From a virus (taxonomy: Duplodnaviria; Caudoviricetes), in IMG/VR virus record IMGVR_UViG_2724679514_000002, positions 5,998-69,997 of that record: a stretch of 64,000 nt of DNA. One strand, 5' to 3'. The notes beneath the pieces are model-generated. The model did not search any database. It was not told the DNA's origin and was given only the letters and a program-made list of their open reading frames with translations. Position numbers and translations under genes: made by a program. Positions 48,126 to 57,947 of this stretch are shown in pieces. Position 1 is the first letter of the stretch; each line of letters starts with the position of its first letter.

Positions 48126-49205
48126 ATGGCAATTTTTGATCCTTCGCTACCTTTTGATTTACCTTTGTTGCCGCCAGATATCAATTTCTCGGACCCAAAT
48201 TTATTAAAACTTGTTGCCCGAGCGAGAACGGAATTAGGCGAATTGAAGGGATTTTCCTCTACAGTCCCAAATCCAATGCTTCTCCTTTCCCCAGCTATTA
48301 TTCGAGAGTCTATCGCTAGTTCAAAAATTGAAAATATAAATACGACAATTGTTGATGTATTTAAACAATCTTTGTTTCCAGAATACGAAAGAAATGAAAG
48401 TGATAAGGAAGTATTAAGATATCGAAACGCGGTTCTTAAAGGGTATAGCTTACTAAAGGATCTCCCTATTTCAAATCGAATTATTGTTTTAATTTTAAGA
48501 GAGTTACTGCCTGGGAGAAATACAGAGATAAGAGGTGTTCAAAATCATATTAGAAATACTTTAACTAATGAAATTATTTATACACCGCCGCCCGTAAACT
48601 TAATTCCATCTTTAATATCCAATCTTGAAATATTTTTAAATGACATAGACGATGACATCGATCCTTTAATCAAATGTGCTGTATCTCACTATCAATTTGA
48701 GGCAATACATCCTTTTGAAGATGGAAATGGAAGAACAGGACGAATATTAATGGTTCTGTATCTAGTTCAAGCTAAGATTCTATCTTTGCCAATATTATAT
48801 ATAAGCGGGTACATAAATAAAAACCGGTCACAATATTATACATTACTATCTAAAGTTACAAAAGATCAAGATTGGGTTCCATTTATTGAATTCATTCTAA
48901 ATGCGCTTTATTTTCAGGCGAAATCGACTAAAGAAACTTTAGTAAATATTATTAATTTATATCAAAAATATAGATTTGAAATCGAAGCAAAAGCAAACAA
49001 AGCATTTAAAACTGGTATAGTAGACGCTATGTTTTCTTCACCATTTCTAACCCCTACGAGTTGCGCGGCAAAAATTAAAACTCATTATACGACGGCTACA
49101 AGGTATCTCAATGAATTGCGAGGATTAGGTTATTTAGGATACTTAGAATTAGGAAAGTTTCATTATTATGTAAATACTTCTCTGATTGAAATTCTAGAAG
49201 ATTAA
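48126..49205 (+). CDS. Fic family protein
   Basis: HPFEDGNGRTGR catalytic loop; ASSKIEN inhibitory-type motif. Confidence 0.92.
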   Translation: MAIFDPSLPFDLPLLPPDINFSDPNLLKLVARARTELGELKGFSSTVPNPMLLLSPAIIRESIASSKIENINTTIVDVFKQSLFPEYERNESDKEVLRYRNAVLKGYSLLKDLPISNRIIVLILRELLPGRNTEIRGVQNHIRNTLTNEIIYTPPPVNLIPSLISNLEIFLNDIDDDIDPLIKCAVSHYQFEAIHPFEDGNGRTGRILMVLYLVQAKILSLPILYISGYINKNRSQYYTLLSKVTKDQDWVPFIEFILNALYFQAKSTKETLVNIINLYQKYRFEIEAKANKAFKTGIVDAMFSSPFLTPTSCAAKIKTHYTTATRYLNELRGLGYLGYLELGKFHYYVNTSLIEILED

Positions 49206-49284
49206 ACGAATTAATTTTGTAAGGTGATTATTTTAGGCATTGAGTCGAGTAATTTATAAAGTAAAAAGGAAAAATAAACATTCA

Positions 49285-50091
49285 ATGGAACACATATTTC
49301 ATTATACTAACTTAGATACGGGAATCAAGATTCTTGAGACTAAATCACTACGAGCGGGCAAATTTAAAAATTCAAATGATCCAATGGAAAACATATCGAT
49401 ATCATTTTATTCAGATAAGTTAGATGATATTACGCAAAGTGATGTAAATAAAAAACTGAATAAAAAATTGAAAGATGACATTCATTTTTTGTCATTTTCA
49501 GAAGGAGAGTTTTTCATTTCGGATGATTTGGATTTATATTCTCGCTTTTTGTTAGAGGATAATCGACCAGGATATTTTTATCCGAGAATGTGGGGACAGT
49601 ATGGAGAAAAGCATAAAGGGCTATGCTTTGTGTTTAACAAAAATGCGATGATAGAATCGGTTGCTAAATATTTAGATAATTATAATATTAAAGCGGAGAA
49701 TGTTAAATACATAGATATCACAGAACAGGAATATTTTTCGACTGTATATAATAGTTTTAGAGTCGATTATGAAGATTTACAAAAACATAAAGTCGACGGA
49801 TATATTGAATTTATGCTGGAAGATAATTATAAGAACCTTTTCTTTAAAAAAGATATAGATTGGAAACTCGAAAAAGAATTTCGATTTTTAATTTACCCGA
49901 AAAAGAAACGGACTTCTGAAAAAGAATTGAGTATTCCTATCGCCGATTCATTAGAGGGAATATTTTTAGGCTCAAGTTGTCAAACGGACCACCGTATTTT
50001 GAATTCATTATTGGATCAAATTGGAATAAATAGTTACACAATTAATTTTGGCGAAGGCATTATTTTTATCGAAAAACACATTGGGTCATAA
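49285..50091 (+). CDS. DUF2971 domain protein
   Basis: FHYT...SNDPME...LSFS...MWGQYGEKHKGLC...KDIDWKLEKEFR. Confidence 0.8.
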   Translation: MEHIFHYTNLDTGIKILETKSLRAGKFKNSNDPMENISISFYSDKLDDITQSDVNKKLNKKLKDDIHFLSFSEGEFFISDDLDLYSRFLLEDNRPGYFYPRMWGQYGEKHKGLCFVFNKNAMIESVAKYLDNYNIKAENVKYIDITEQEYFSTVYNSFRVDYEDLQKHKVDGYIEFMLEDNYKNLFFKKDIDWKLEKEFRFLIYPKKKRTSEKELSIPIADSLEGIFLGSSCQTDHRILNSLLDQIGINSYTINFGEGIIFIEKHIGS

Positions 50092-50122
50092 ATTACATTA
50101 TCGGTAGTTAAATTTTGATTTG

Positions 50123-50641
50123 TTACTCCCTCACAGAGGCGGCGAGGGCTAAATCTACTGTCGTGTATTTTGCAAAAAGCTCTTTTAAATTTTGATCATA
50201 CCAGGTTTGGTTAAAACCGTTATCATATTGCCTTATAATCGCATCCTCTAGTCTGTTCGCAAATTCCTCTGAAAATGACCGCTGTCGCAATGCCTTAATG
50301 ATCCCTGTATCAGCATCTACTAATATAACATGCAGTAATGTTGATTCACCTTTTTGCCTTTTTGGCGGAAGGACTTTTTCGGAATCAGACAATCTATGAA
50401 TGCTGTACGCCGAATCTGACAACGGAATGGCCGGATCAAAAGAATATGAAAATAATATAATACTCTTAAATTCCAGGAATGCGAATTTGGCCTCCCCTTT
50501 TCTAACGGCGTTAATCTCTCGTTCGGTTGGATCCTTGTAGAATAACAATAGTTCATGTTGGCCTTGCCTGTAAAAATAGTGTCCGCCCTCCTCCCATTTT
50601 GTTCTGTTGCTATATTGTCCACCGACTTTGTAAACGTACAT
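50123..50641 (-). CDS. hypothetical protein
   Basis: 172-aa ORF downstream of rep, GGGG SD. Confidence 0.7.
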   Translation of the reverse strand: MYVYKVGGQYSNRTKWEEGGHYFYRQGQHELLLFYKDPTEREINAVRKGEAKFAFLEFKSIILFSYSFDPAIPLSDSAYSIHRLSDSEKVLPPKRQKGESTLLHVILVDADTGIIKALRQRSFSEEFANRLEDAIIRQYDNGFNQTWYDQNLKELFAKYTTVDLALAASVRE

Positions 50642-50688
50642 GTAATTACCCCAAACTTATTATTTTTTCGACCTATATTAATATTTTC

Positions 50689-51402
50689 TTAAGCTACATT
50701 TTTATCCCCTACTCCGGCAAACTCGACTGTGATTTGGCTTTTAAGGACTTCCGTAAAATATTTATAAATTATAATACTCAAAGATTTTGAGACTGGCGTA
50801 TGTACTATTAGTTTACTAGATTCTAAAGTGATTTTGGCTTTTGCTAGAGTTTGATAGCTATACGGTGTAATTCGGTCCTTAGCCCAATTTAGTACGCTCT
50901 CCCAATTTGGTTTTTGATTTTCCGCAATTTTAGATTCCGACGCATTTATGTTTAATGTTTTATTTTGTACCTCTTTTGTACGTACAGGAGTGGAACGATT
51001 GTCTTTGTCTGATTTGCTTTGTTGTACTCCCCTCCCCTCTCCATTTGTACTATGCGGACTAGGATAATTACCTGATGCTGTTTTGGATATTTTGTATCGA
51101 GTGCGAGCCATTGAGACAGCATCATGTAATGTTGATCTTATTATCCGTGTTCGGCCGTCGAACGATACTTGCTCGATGTAACCTAATTTACGTAAACGTG
51201 ATATATATTTAGCAACAGTCGTAGTAGCCATACCAAGTAAATTACCTAGATATTCGTTACTCGCATAGCATCCTCCTCGCTCTGCACGCGCACCAATATC
51301 GAGTAATGTGATTTTTGCCAAAAGATCCCTTAGACTCCTAGGTAGTTTTTGATCTGTTACGACACGGGGTATCCAGTCGCCGTCTATAATTATATCTTCC
51401 AC
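50689..51402 (-). CDS. HTH-type replication initiator (Rep); start likely GTG 51402 (track 51453)
   Basis: GGCYASNEYLGNLLGMATTTVAKYISRLRKLGYIE wHTH; follows par genes; AAGGA SD. Confidence 0.75.
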   Translation of the reverse strand: MEDIIIDGDWIPRVVTDQKLPRSLRDLLAKITLLDIGARAERGGCYASNEYLGNLLGMATTTVAKYISRLRKLGYIEQVSFDGRTRIIRSTLHDAVSMARTRYKISKTASGNYPSPHSTNGEGRGVQQSKSDKDNRSTPVRTKEVQNKTLNINASESKIAENQKPNWESVLNWAKDRITPYSYQTLAKAKITLESSKLIVHTPVSKSLSIIIYKYFTEVLKSQITVEFAGVGDKNVA

Positions 51403-51781
51403 GGTTTTTATTCCTTTTTTACGGTGCGGACATAATTGGGTTACGCACGGCAAAATAGTTTTACCCTACTCTATTGTCGGGACACATGGGATTGGCGCGA
51501 AGCCTATTCGGATGGTCCTCGATTCGTTACATGCGACCGTATTGTGAGATGGGTCGTTGTTTAGTTATGTCTCCTAAACGGGTACAAATCTAGATCAAGA
51601 TCGCAAAAAATGTCAAGAAAAAAAGAGACATAATTTTATTATTAGGTTGGGAGGATTGCCTGTGGGCATCTCACCTCCGCACAGGCTTTTTAGTAACGAA
51701 TCTCGGAAAGAGAATCTTAAGGTACTGTAAAATATCCAGATAGATTTGGGTACTCTTTTTTAAGTTTCAGTAAATAAATTT

Positions 51782-52342
51782 TTAATGTAAAAGCTCAAGG
51801 TCTTTATCTATATTAGAGATCTGTTGATTTGCTCTTTGTAAAATGGTTTCTCGCTTGTCTGTTAAAAAGTTTTTCAGAAGCATTTTTTCTTTTTGATTGA
51901 GCTTAGAACCCAATCGGAATTTTTTATAAACTTCTTTCGGGTCAATATTGTCAGTAGATGAATTGAGTTCTTTTTCCTCCGCTACTGGTCCAGCGATTAG
52001 TTTGTAAGCATCTTCTAAATGCGTCAGCATTGACGCATTTATTTGGTCTCTTTTTTCATAGATTCTCATATAACGTTGTGCGGTTCGAATTTTAAAATTG
52101 AGATTATTTTCGACCCATGGGATGAATTCTCCATGTTCAAGCTCATCTTTTTTTTTAGTTAAAATCTCGCCGGCTTCAATTGCAAATCGAACCATGTTTT
52201 TCCCAGCAGTAAGAATCGATTGATGAAGTCTATTAAGTTCAGTAGCAATATTATCTAAATTAGTTATTTCAAAAGAATTCTCAGCTTTTACGAACCCTGT
52301 TCTTTGACCAAGAATTGCATTTTTTTTTCTTTCGTTTTTCAT
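51782..52342 (-). CDS. DUF3102-domain protein, putative ParB-type partner
   Basis: AIEAGEILTKKKDELEHGEFIPWVE...RTAQRYM; ATGA-coupled to parA. Confidence 0.75.
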   Translation of the reverse strand: MKNERKKNAILGQRTGFVKAENSFEITNLDNIATELNRLHQSILTAGKNMVRFAIEAGEILTKKKDELEHGEFIPWVENNLNFKIRTAQRYMRIYEKRDQINASMLTHLEDAYKLIAGPVAEEKELNSSTDNIDPKEVYKKFRLGSKLNQKEKMLLKNFLTDKRETILQRANQQISNIDKDLELLH

Positions 52343-53061
52343 TTTGAAATTTCTTTTCCTAGTTCAAGGAATTGGATAGCCGCGTTCGAATTTGCTTTGA
52401 TTTTTGTTCCAAGCGTAACCGCATTTTCCAAAGATTCGTTCCGGGATATGTGTGTGGTAGTAATCGGAATTTCAGCACCAATTTCAATTATGTTTTCTGA
52501 TTTTTTAGGAGATACGTTGGAAGGGACGCATATAAGTTTTGTATTTTTTCCGGCTTTAATGTTGTTACCAATCATCTCATCTAGAATTTCGAACCCTTGG
52601 AGAGACCAGCGAGAATAGGAAATCGGACACAAGACGAGATCAGAAACGTAGAGACTAGTCCGTAACTCAAAACAGTCTGCTGGCGGACTGTCTAATATTA
52701 CGTAATCATAGGGTAGGCCACGTAACGATTTTTCGAAAACGACAACTGAGCCAAAATCGTTATTTAACTCTGAGTTTATGCTTGCGAGTTTTGGGGTGGC
52801 AGGAATGCAATCAACACCAAACTCAGTTGGGTAGATTGCATCTTCGATCGGTATTCGTCCGGTCAGGACATGTTTAATATTATTTGCTGAAATCTTTTCG
52901 ACCGAAATCGCTCTAAGAAAGTAATCTGTAAGATTATTATTTGGGTCCATATCAACAACAAGAACTCTAAAGTCTTGCTGGACAAGGGCTTGGGACAGGA
53001 ATACATCTATCGTCGTTTTTCCAACGCCGCCTTTCATTGATGCGCTACAAATTATTTTCAT
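52339..53061 (-). CDS. parA: ParA family partition ATPase (start ATG 53061)
   Basis: KGGVGKTT, VLVVDMDP, YDYVILDSPP. Confidence 0.92.
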   Translation of the reverse strand: MKIICSASMKGGVGKTTIDVFLSQALVQQDFRVLVVDMDPNNNLTDYFLRAISVEKISANNIKHVLTGRIPIEDAIYPTEFGVDCIPATPKLASINSELNNDFGSVVVFEKSLRGLPYDYVILDSPPADCFELRTSLYVSDLVLCPISYSRWSLQGFEILDEMIGNNIKAGKNTKLICVPSNVSPKKSENIIEIGAEIPITTTHISRNESLENAVTLGTKIKANSNAAIQFLELGKEISK

Positions 53062-53158
53062 TTTGTTAGAAAAAATAAAAACTGTTCCGTGCTTGCAAAG
53101 CGTAATTTTATTCCTAAAACAGCCCCATTTTATTGAGTGCAGCAGGACCAAATTTTTT

Positions 53159-53276
53159 TTAACTTTTTTTACTTTTTAACAAAAAAAGTGATTTACTATT
53201 TTAAATCACCATGCGATAATAAATATATCAACGGGTGGCACCCAAAAGCCAAGGTCAAAAACCATGAACACAACTA
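53159..53276 (+). repeat. ~118-bp promoter/leader direct repeat, copy 2
   Basis: See 47329-47447. Confidence 0.9.
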
Positions 53277-53683
53277 CAATCGAAATCAGCGAATCTTACA
53301 AATCCTCAGAACTCCCAGTATATGCTAAGGACAAGGACGGTAGAATTTTACCAGCCCACATCAGTTTAAACGAACACGGAAGAGTGTCCGCATCTCATGA
53401 CGACGAGATCGACACGAGAGGAATGGATGTTTGGCAAGGCTGTAGGTTGCAGTGGAATATTCCGGTCAATATATCTGGATGGGCTCTTGACCAGTTAATC
53501 AAAAATCTAAAACCATTGTTAGAGAGAGTGCACAATGGACATACTGTTGATTATGACGCAAATAACAGTGCTGTTGTAACGTTGTCAGATGATGCTAAAG
53601 ATGCGAGCAAAGAAATCGAAACAGAGATTTCTGAAATCGGAGAAAGCTGGCTAGTGACAGAGGGGTTGGACGAAGAAGAATAA
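53264..53683 (+). CDS. hypothetical acidic protein
   Basis: 139-aa ORF starting at the end of the repeat. Confidence 0.75.
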   Translation: MNTTTIEISESYKSSELPVYAKDKDGRILPAHISLNEHGRVSASHDDEIDTRGMDVWQGCRLQWNIPVNISGWALDQLIKNLKPLLERVHNGHTVDYDANNSAVVTLSDDAKDASKEIETEISEIGESWLVTEGLDEEE

Positions 53684-53697
53684 AATCCAATCCAAAC

Positions 53698-53718
53698 ACC
53701 GGCCTAAGATAGGCCGGT
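53698..53718. terminator. hairpin between the two cassette genes
   Basis: ACCGGCCT-aagat-AGGCCGGT; no clear U-tract. Confidence 0.4.
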
Positions 53719-53725
53719 CATCACA

Positions 53726-53998
53726 ATGATTAGTTACTCAAAAATTCGAACACAAGAGCAGAGCCTGGAACGGCTCTGCTTTGCGTATATTAATGAGGCT
53801 TGCGAAAAACACGGAAAACTGTTTCTGTCCAAACAGATAGCGAGCGAACCGTTTATCCAAAAACACGGTAGCGGCGAGGAATACCTGGACATTATGATTG
53901 CAAGGTATCGAGAATCAAAGCGACATAAGAAATCTAATATCAATAAATTACTAGAGATTTGCGAGCGTATATCTATATTAGACAATAAGTCTGTATAA
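53726..53998 (+). CDS. hypothetical protein
   Basis: Starts at CGGTCATCACAATG, parallel to 47735. Confidence 0.65.
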   Translation: MISYSKIRTQEQSLERLCFAYINEACEKHGKLFLSKQIASEPFIQKHGSGEEYLDIMIARYRESKRHKKSNINKLLEICERISILDNKSV

Positions 53999-54267
53999 CA
54001 GTAATATGTCTCATTCCTACCACAAGGGATAAAATAGACAGAGTAAATTACTGTTTACAAAACGTTATCAATTTGATAGATTGCGCAATGTATCGCTAAC
54101 GACAGATTTTATTAACATTTTGTCGTAATAGATTTACCGATACGGACGATAAATAGAGAGAGTCCCGTCTAAACTAAAGAGGGTAGGGGATTGCTGCAAA
54201 ACAAACACTGGCAGTTCCGTTGTTTTCGAACCTTCGAAAAATTTTATAAAAGTTATAAACTCTAAAT

Positions 54268-54966
54268 ATGATTACAGAATCGAATGATCAAGACATGATG
54301 AGCCAGATCGAAGACTATCTAAGAATTGGATTATCTGCAAAACATAGAGTAACAAACCAAATTATACATTTTCCGCTCATCCATATAGTCGTCGAGAGTT
54401 ATGTCAACGATAGTGGACAAAAAACGTTTATTGCAACATGTTTAGAATTTTCGCAGGCGTTTGAGAGCGATAAGCCACAGACTGCTGTAGCAGGTGTGAT
54501 CAAATTAATGCATGATTATTTTTTAACAGCCTTAAAAAAAGAAGGAATGGAATTTATTTTCGAAGAACTAGAAAAAAATGGTAATGAAATACTTTGGGGC
54601 AAAGTTCGAAGATACTTAGCAGAAAAATTTAAATCCAATTTATTATTCGTGGAAAAATCTTTTGATAGAAGAACGACAAAAGCAGAATTGATGGAGCTTG
54701 CAAAAGATATTATACAACCTTATGAAGAGAATGAAGTCGTAAGCAAAGACCACCATGAGAAAGTTACTAGCCTTAAAGACGAGACTATTAAAAAACAGAA
54801 CGAGCTTATATTAAATATTTTGCAGGTATTATCATATAAAACAAAACAAATAAAAGAGCAAAAGAAGAGAATATCAATATTGACAAATGGGCTTGAAGGT
54901 GGTTTGGAAGAATGGGCCGAACAAGAGCCTGATATACAAATCCCCGTCCCCTCCTCTGTATCTTAA
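54268..54966 (+). CDS. HicB-like fold protein with coiled-coil tail
   Basis: TFIATCLEFSQAFESDKPQTAVAGV pattern. Confidence 0.5.
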   Translation: MITESNDQDMMSQIEDYLRIGLSAKHRVTNQIIHFPLIHIVVESYVNDSGQKTFIATCLEFSQAFESDKPQTAVAGVIKLMHDYFLTALKKEGMEFIFEELEKNGNEILWGKVRRYLAEKFKSNLLFVEKSFDRRTTKAELMELAKDIIQPYEENEVVSKDHHEKVTSLKDETIKKQNELILNILQVLSYKTKQIKEQKKRISILTNGLEGGLEEWAEQEPDIQIPVPSSVS

Positions 54967-54981
54967 AATTGATACACGTTA

Positions 54982-55275
54982 ATGGAATATACTTTCGAAG
55001 GCGTGTTAAATATTTTAATCAGTCGAGGATATACCATCGATTGGGAAACACCTTATGAAATCTCTGTTATACCTGATGACCTTTGTAAATTAAAAGATAT
55101 GGGATCAATTATTGCAAAGTATTGGATAAGAGGGACGGAGCAAAAATCTTTAAAATCAACACAAATATCAAACGGTCTTATGACAAAGATGGTTTTATGC
55201 AGAACGATTTTGCCGTCGGTGAGAATGAAACTTGAAGACTTTGAATTCGCAAAAGTCATCAAAGAAAAAATATAA
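54982..55275 (+). CDS. hypothetical protein, possibly divergent HicA-like
   Basis: VLNILISRGY...LCRTILPSVRMKLEDF. Confidence 0.5.
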   Translation: MEYTFEGVLNILISRGYTIDWETPYEISVIPDDLCKLKDMGSIIAKYWIRGTEQKSLKSTQISNGLMTKMVLCRTILPSVRMKLEDFEFAKVIKEKI

Positions 55276-55525
55276 AATAATTTATTTCCAAACCTCAACA
55301 CATCGCATTAAAAAACCCTAATACTTAATATCGCGTGTCAAATGTAGCAAAAGTAAAAGTCGGTTAATTTTTCGAAACTTGCCTCAAGTATACGTCGGAT
55401 AATCTGAGGCCCGACGATGACTACGTTTAAAAAAAAGATCATAGACCTGCTTTTAGAATTTGCAGAAGAGTTTAAAAAAAATAAGGGATCTGTATTGAAT
55501 TTATCAGAGAGATTTGCAGATAAGA

Positions 55526-55942
55526 TCATCGATGTTTTTTCGGAAAAAACCGATCAAAAATAGTTCGAAAGGTTTTTCGCTCTTTGTCATCTAACTCTAG
55601 CATTTGTTCGACCATTGGCAATAATCCAGACTCTTTGAGCCGCCTCTGAAAAACTCTATCGCGCTCAGTATTAAAAGTTGATTCGACTTGTTTGGGACTG
55701 AGTGAATCCAGTAATTCGATCGGAACGAATTTCTCACCATCCCCAAAGATCAACCAAAATGGGGAATAGCCATACTCCTGCATGAGTTTATAGGCAAAAT
55801 GAAAAGGTATATCACGTTTATCTAATAAATAATTTGAGAATGTTGCAGGGTCAGTTTCACACACCTCCGCCAACTCTTTTGATTTGAGTTTTGTTTCCTC
55901 GAGAATAATATTTAATCTTTGTCCTTGTCCTTTATGTCTCAT
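55526..55942 (-). CDS. XRE-family transcriptional regulator
   Basis: LKSKELAEVCETDPATFSNYL...YSPFWLIFGDGE. Confidence 0.8.
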   Translation of the reverse strand: MRHKGQGQRLNIILEETKLKSKELAEVCETDPATFSNYLLDKRDIPFHFAYKLMQEYGYSPFWLIFGDGEKFVPIELLDSLSPKQVESTFNTERDRVFQRRLKESGLLPMVEQMLELDDKERKTFRTIFDRFFPKKHR

Positions 55943-56129
55943 AAATTCTATTATGTCGCTTTAAAAAATCAACAGTTTGTCAATTTTTGAATTGACTATG
56001 CAAAAGTTTTGACTCATATTCTGTCCAAAAGTTACGTTTTGTTAATATTATGTTTTCGGCACGGAACAAAGTGAAAGTGAATAAAAAATTTGATATATTT
56101 TTAAAGCTGAAACAGAACACTTAACATTT

Positions 56130-57053
56130 GTGAAGTTACTGGAAATAGGTATGGTTACTGCAATTTTTGTCTCACTATTTGTCTTTTGGCTAGGGATATA
56201 TGTATATCGCAACTCGTTGCAAAATGAGTCGTCTCAAAAATGGTTTTTGCTTTTTGTAATTTCCGCTGGTGGTTGGATTTTTTTGCTTGGGATGCGCAAC
56301 ATTGTTTTGATGGAGTGGCGTTTGTATTATCACCATTGGACTCTAATCCCAATTTTATTCACACCGCACCTATTTTTTAGATTTGCTAAAAGCATTTTTG
56401 ATCCCGAATACAAAATGGGTAGTGGGCTGTTTGTAATTAATACGGTGGGGATTGCATATTTTACATATTTGGCTATCACCTGTCAATTTATGGTACACTC
56501 TGACGGAATTAATTATGCGTATGAACCCAGACCGCAATATCATTTATATATAATGTATTGCGTTTTGTATTATATAGGCACTTTAATCACTCTATGGATA
56601 GACGTTAGGCGTTACAAACAACATAAGATACAGGCTATATTAATCACAATCGGAACGATAATCACTGTGTCTATATCAGTCTTGTTTGTTTATGTGTTGC
56701 CAATGATTTTTGGAATATATCTGGCGCCTTACTCGTCGATTGGTGTGGCGATAGCAGGTTTGTTTTTTGCGGCGGCGGCACTTTTGGGTAATGCGTTTAA
56801 ATTAAATGCGTTAGTTGATTCAGGCGCAAATGTAACAAAATTAAATCGAGTTATTGTAATAGTCGCTGTCGTAATTTACAGATATGTTGATCCCGTTGAA
56901 TTTTTTAAAAAATCGGAAACAATTTCGGAACAAATCGACAGGACGAGTGATAAACTTTGGGGATTATTCCTCTCGCTATACTTAGATGATGTAGATGTAA
57001 AAAATCGGATACGAGAGGCGGCCAAGGAAATAACATTAAAATCTAATTTTTAA
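56130..57053 (+). CDS. 7-TM membrane protein (HisKA_7TM-like sensor domain, no kinase)
   Basis: About 7 hydrophobic helices; FWLGIYVY...WFLLFVISAGGWIF; short soluble C-terminal tail. Confidence 0.7.
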   Translation: MKLLEIGMVTAIFVSLFVFWLGIYVYRNSLQNESSQKWFLLFVISAGGWIFLLGMRNIVLMEWRLYYHHWTLIPILFTPHLFFRFAKSIFDPEYKMGSGLFVINTVGIAYFTYLAITCQFMVHSDGINYAYEPRPQYHLYIMYCVLYYIGTLITLWIDVRRYKQHKIQAILITIGTIITVSISVLFVYVLPMIFGIYLAPYSSIGVAIAGLFFAAAALLGNAFKLNALVDSGANVTKLNRVIVIVAVVIYRYVDPVEFFKKSETISEQIDRTSDKLWGLFLSLYLDDVDVKNRIREAAKEITLKSNF

Positions 57054-57164
57054 AAGCCATTACTTAAAAGTAGGTGACATAAAAAGACTATTATTGTAAT
57101 ATATGCCATAATTTATTTTGTCCTAGCCTTACGATAACATGTGGATAAATTGGTTTAATCTATT

Positions 57165-57938
57165 ATGATGGGCACAATGGCAAATGCTAGAAAACGTAAT
57201 GCAAGCCGTACATCTGGTGAACGTTTACTTTTTGATTTTCAGAAATCAAAAGAAGAATTAGAACAAGAAGCCTTGGAAAAAGAATATTATGAATATCTTT
57301 TTCGCATTGATGCAAAAGTTACACGCTTTGCTTTTGATTCCGTATTAAATAATACTAAATCATCTGGTGCAATTCCACTATTTTACAAAGGCGATTCTAC
57401 ACTTTTGCGTAGACGTGCAGTTTCGATTGTTGGCACCCGCAATCCATCTAAAAAGGGTCGAGAGACCGCTGCAGCAATTACAGAAGCAGTTATAAAACTT
57501 GGTTATGTAGTTGTATCGGGTCTTGCTAAGGGCATCGACTCAGTTGCACATTCAACCACTTTAGTCGCCAAGGGCTCAACTATTGCAGTCTTAGGAACGC
57601 CGATACATAAAATTTATCCTGCAGAAAATAAATTATTAGCAGAAGAAATTTCAGAAAATGGTCTGATACTATCCATGAATCTACCACATGAAGAGAAAGG
57701 GACTTATCTTTTTCCTAGACGAAATAGATTAATGGCATTGATGACCGAAGCGACAATTGTTGTCGAAGCGGGTGAAACTTCTGGAGTAATCCATCAAGCT
57801 GCAGAATGCAAGCGGCTGCATAAAAAATTGATTTTTTCTAAATCCCTAGTCGAACAAAAATACGATTGGGTTTCAAAATTTATAAATAGCGGCGCATTAG
57901 TCGCAGAAAGTTCGAATCATTTAAAGCAGATTCTTTGA
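57165..57938 (+). CDS. dprA: DprA/SMF-family protein
   Basis: VSIVGTR, VVSGLAKGIDSVAH, IYPAEN, FPRRNRLM, VVEAGETSG. Confidence 0.9.
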   Translation: MMGTMANARKRNASRTSGERLLFDFQKSKEELEQEALEKEYYEYLFRIDAKVTRFAFDSVLNNTKSSGAIPLFYKGDSTLLRRRAVSIVGTRNPSKKGRETAAAITEAVIKLGYVVVSGLAKGIDSVAHSTTLVAKGSTIAVLGTPIHKIYPAENKLLAEEISENGLILSMNLPHEEKGTYLFPRRNRLMALMTEATIVVEAGETSGVIHQAAECKRLHKKLIFSKSLVEQKYDWVSKFINSGALVAESSNHLKQIL

Positions 57939-57947
57939 AAGATATTC

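Noticed and set aside
55338-55529. 63-aa ORF coupled to the XRE regulator as a signalling peptide for the 7-TM protein
   Set aside because: ATGA overlap is suggestive, but there is no signal peptide or other support
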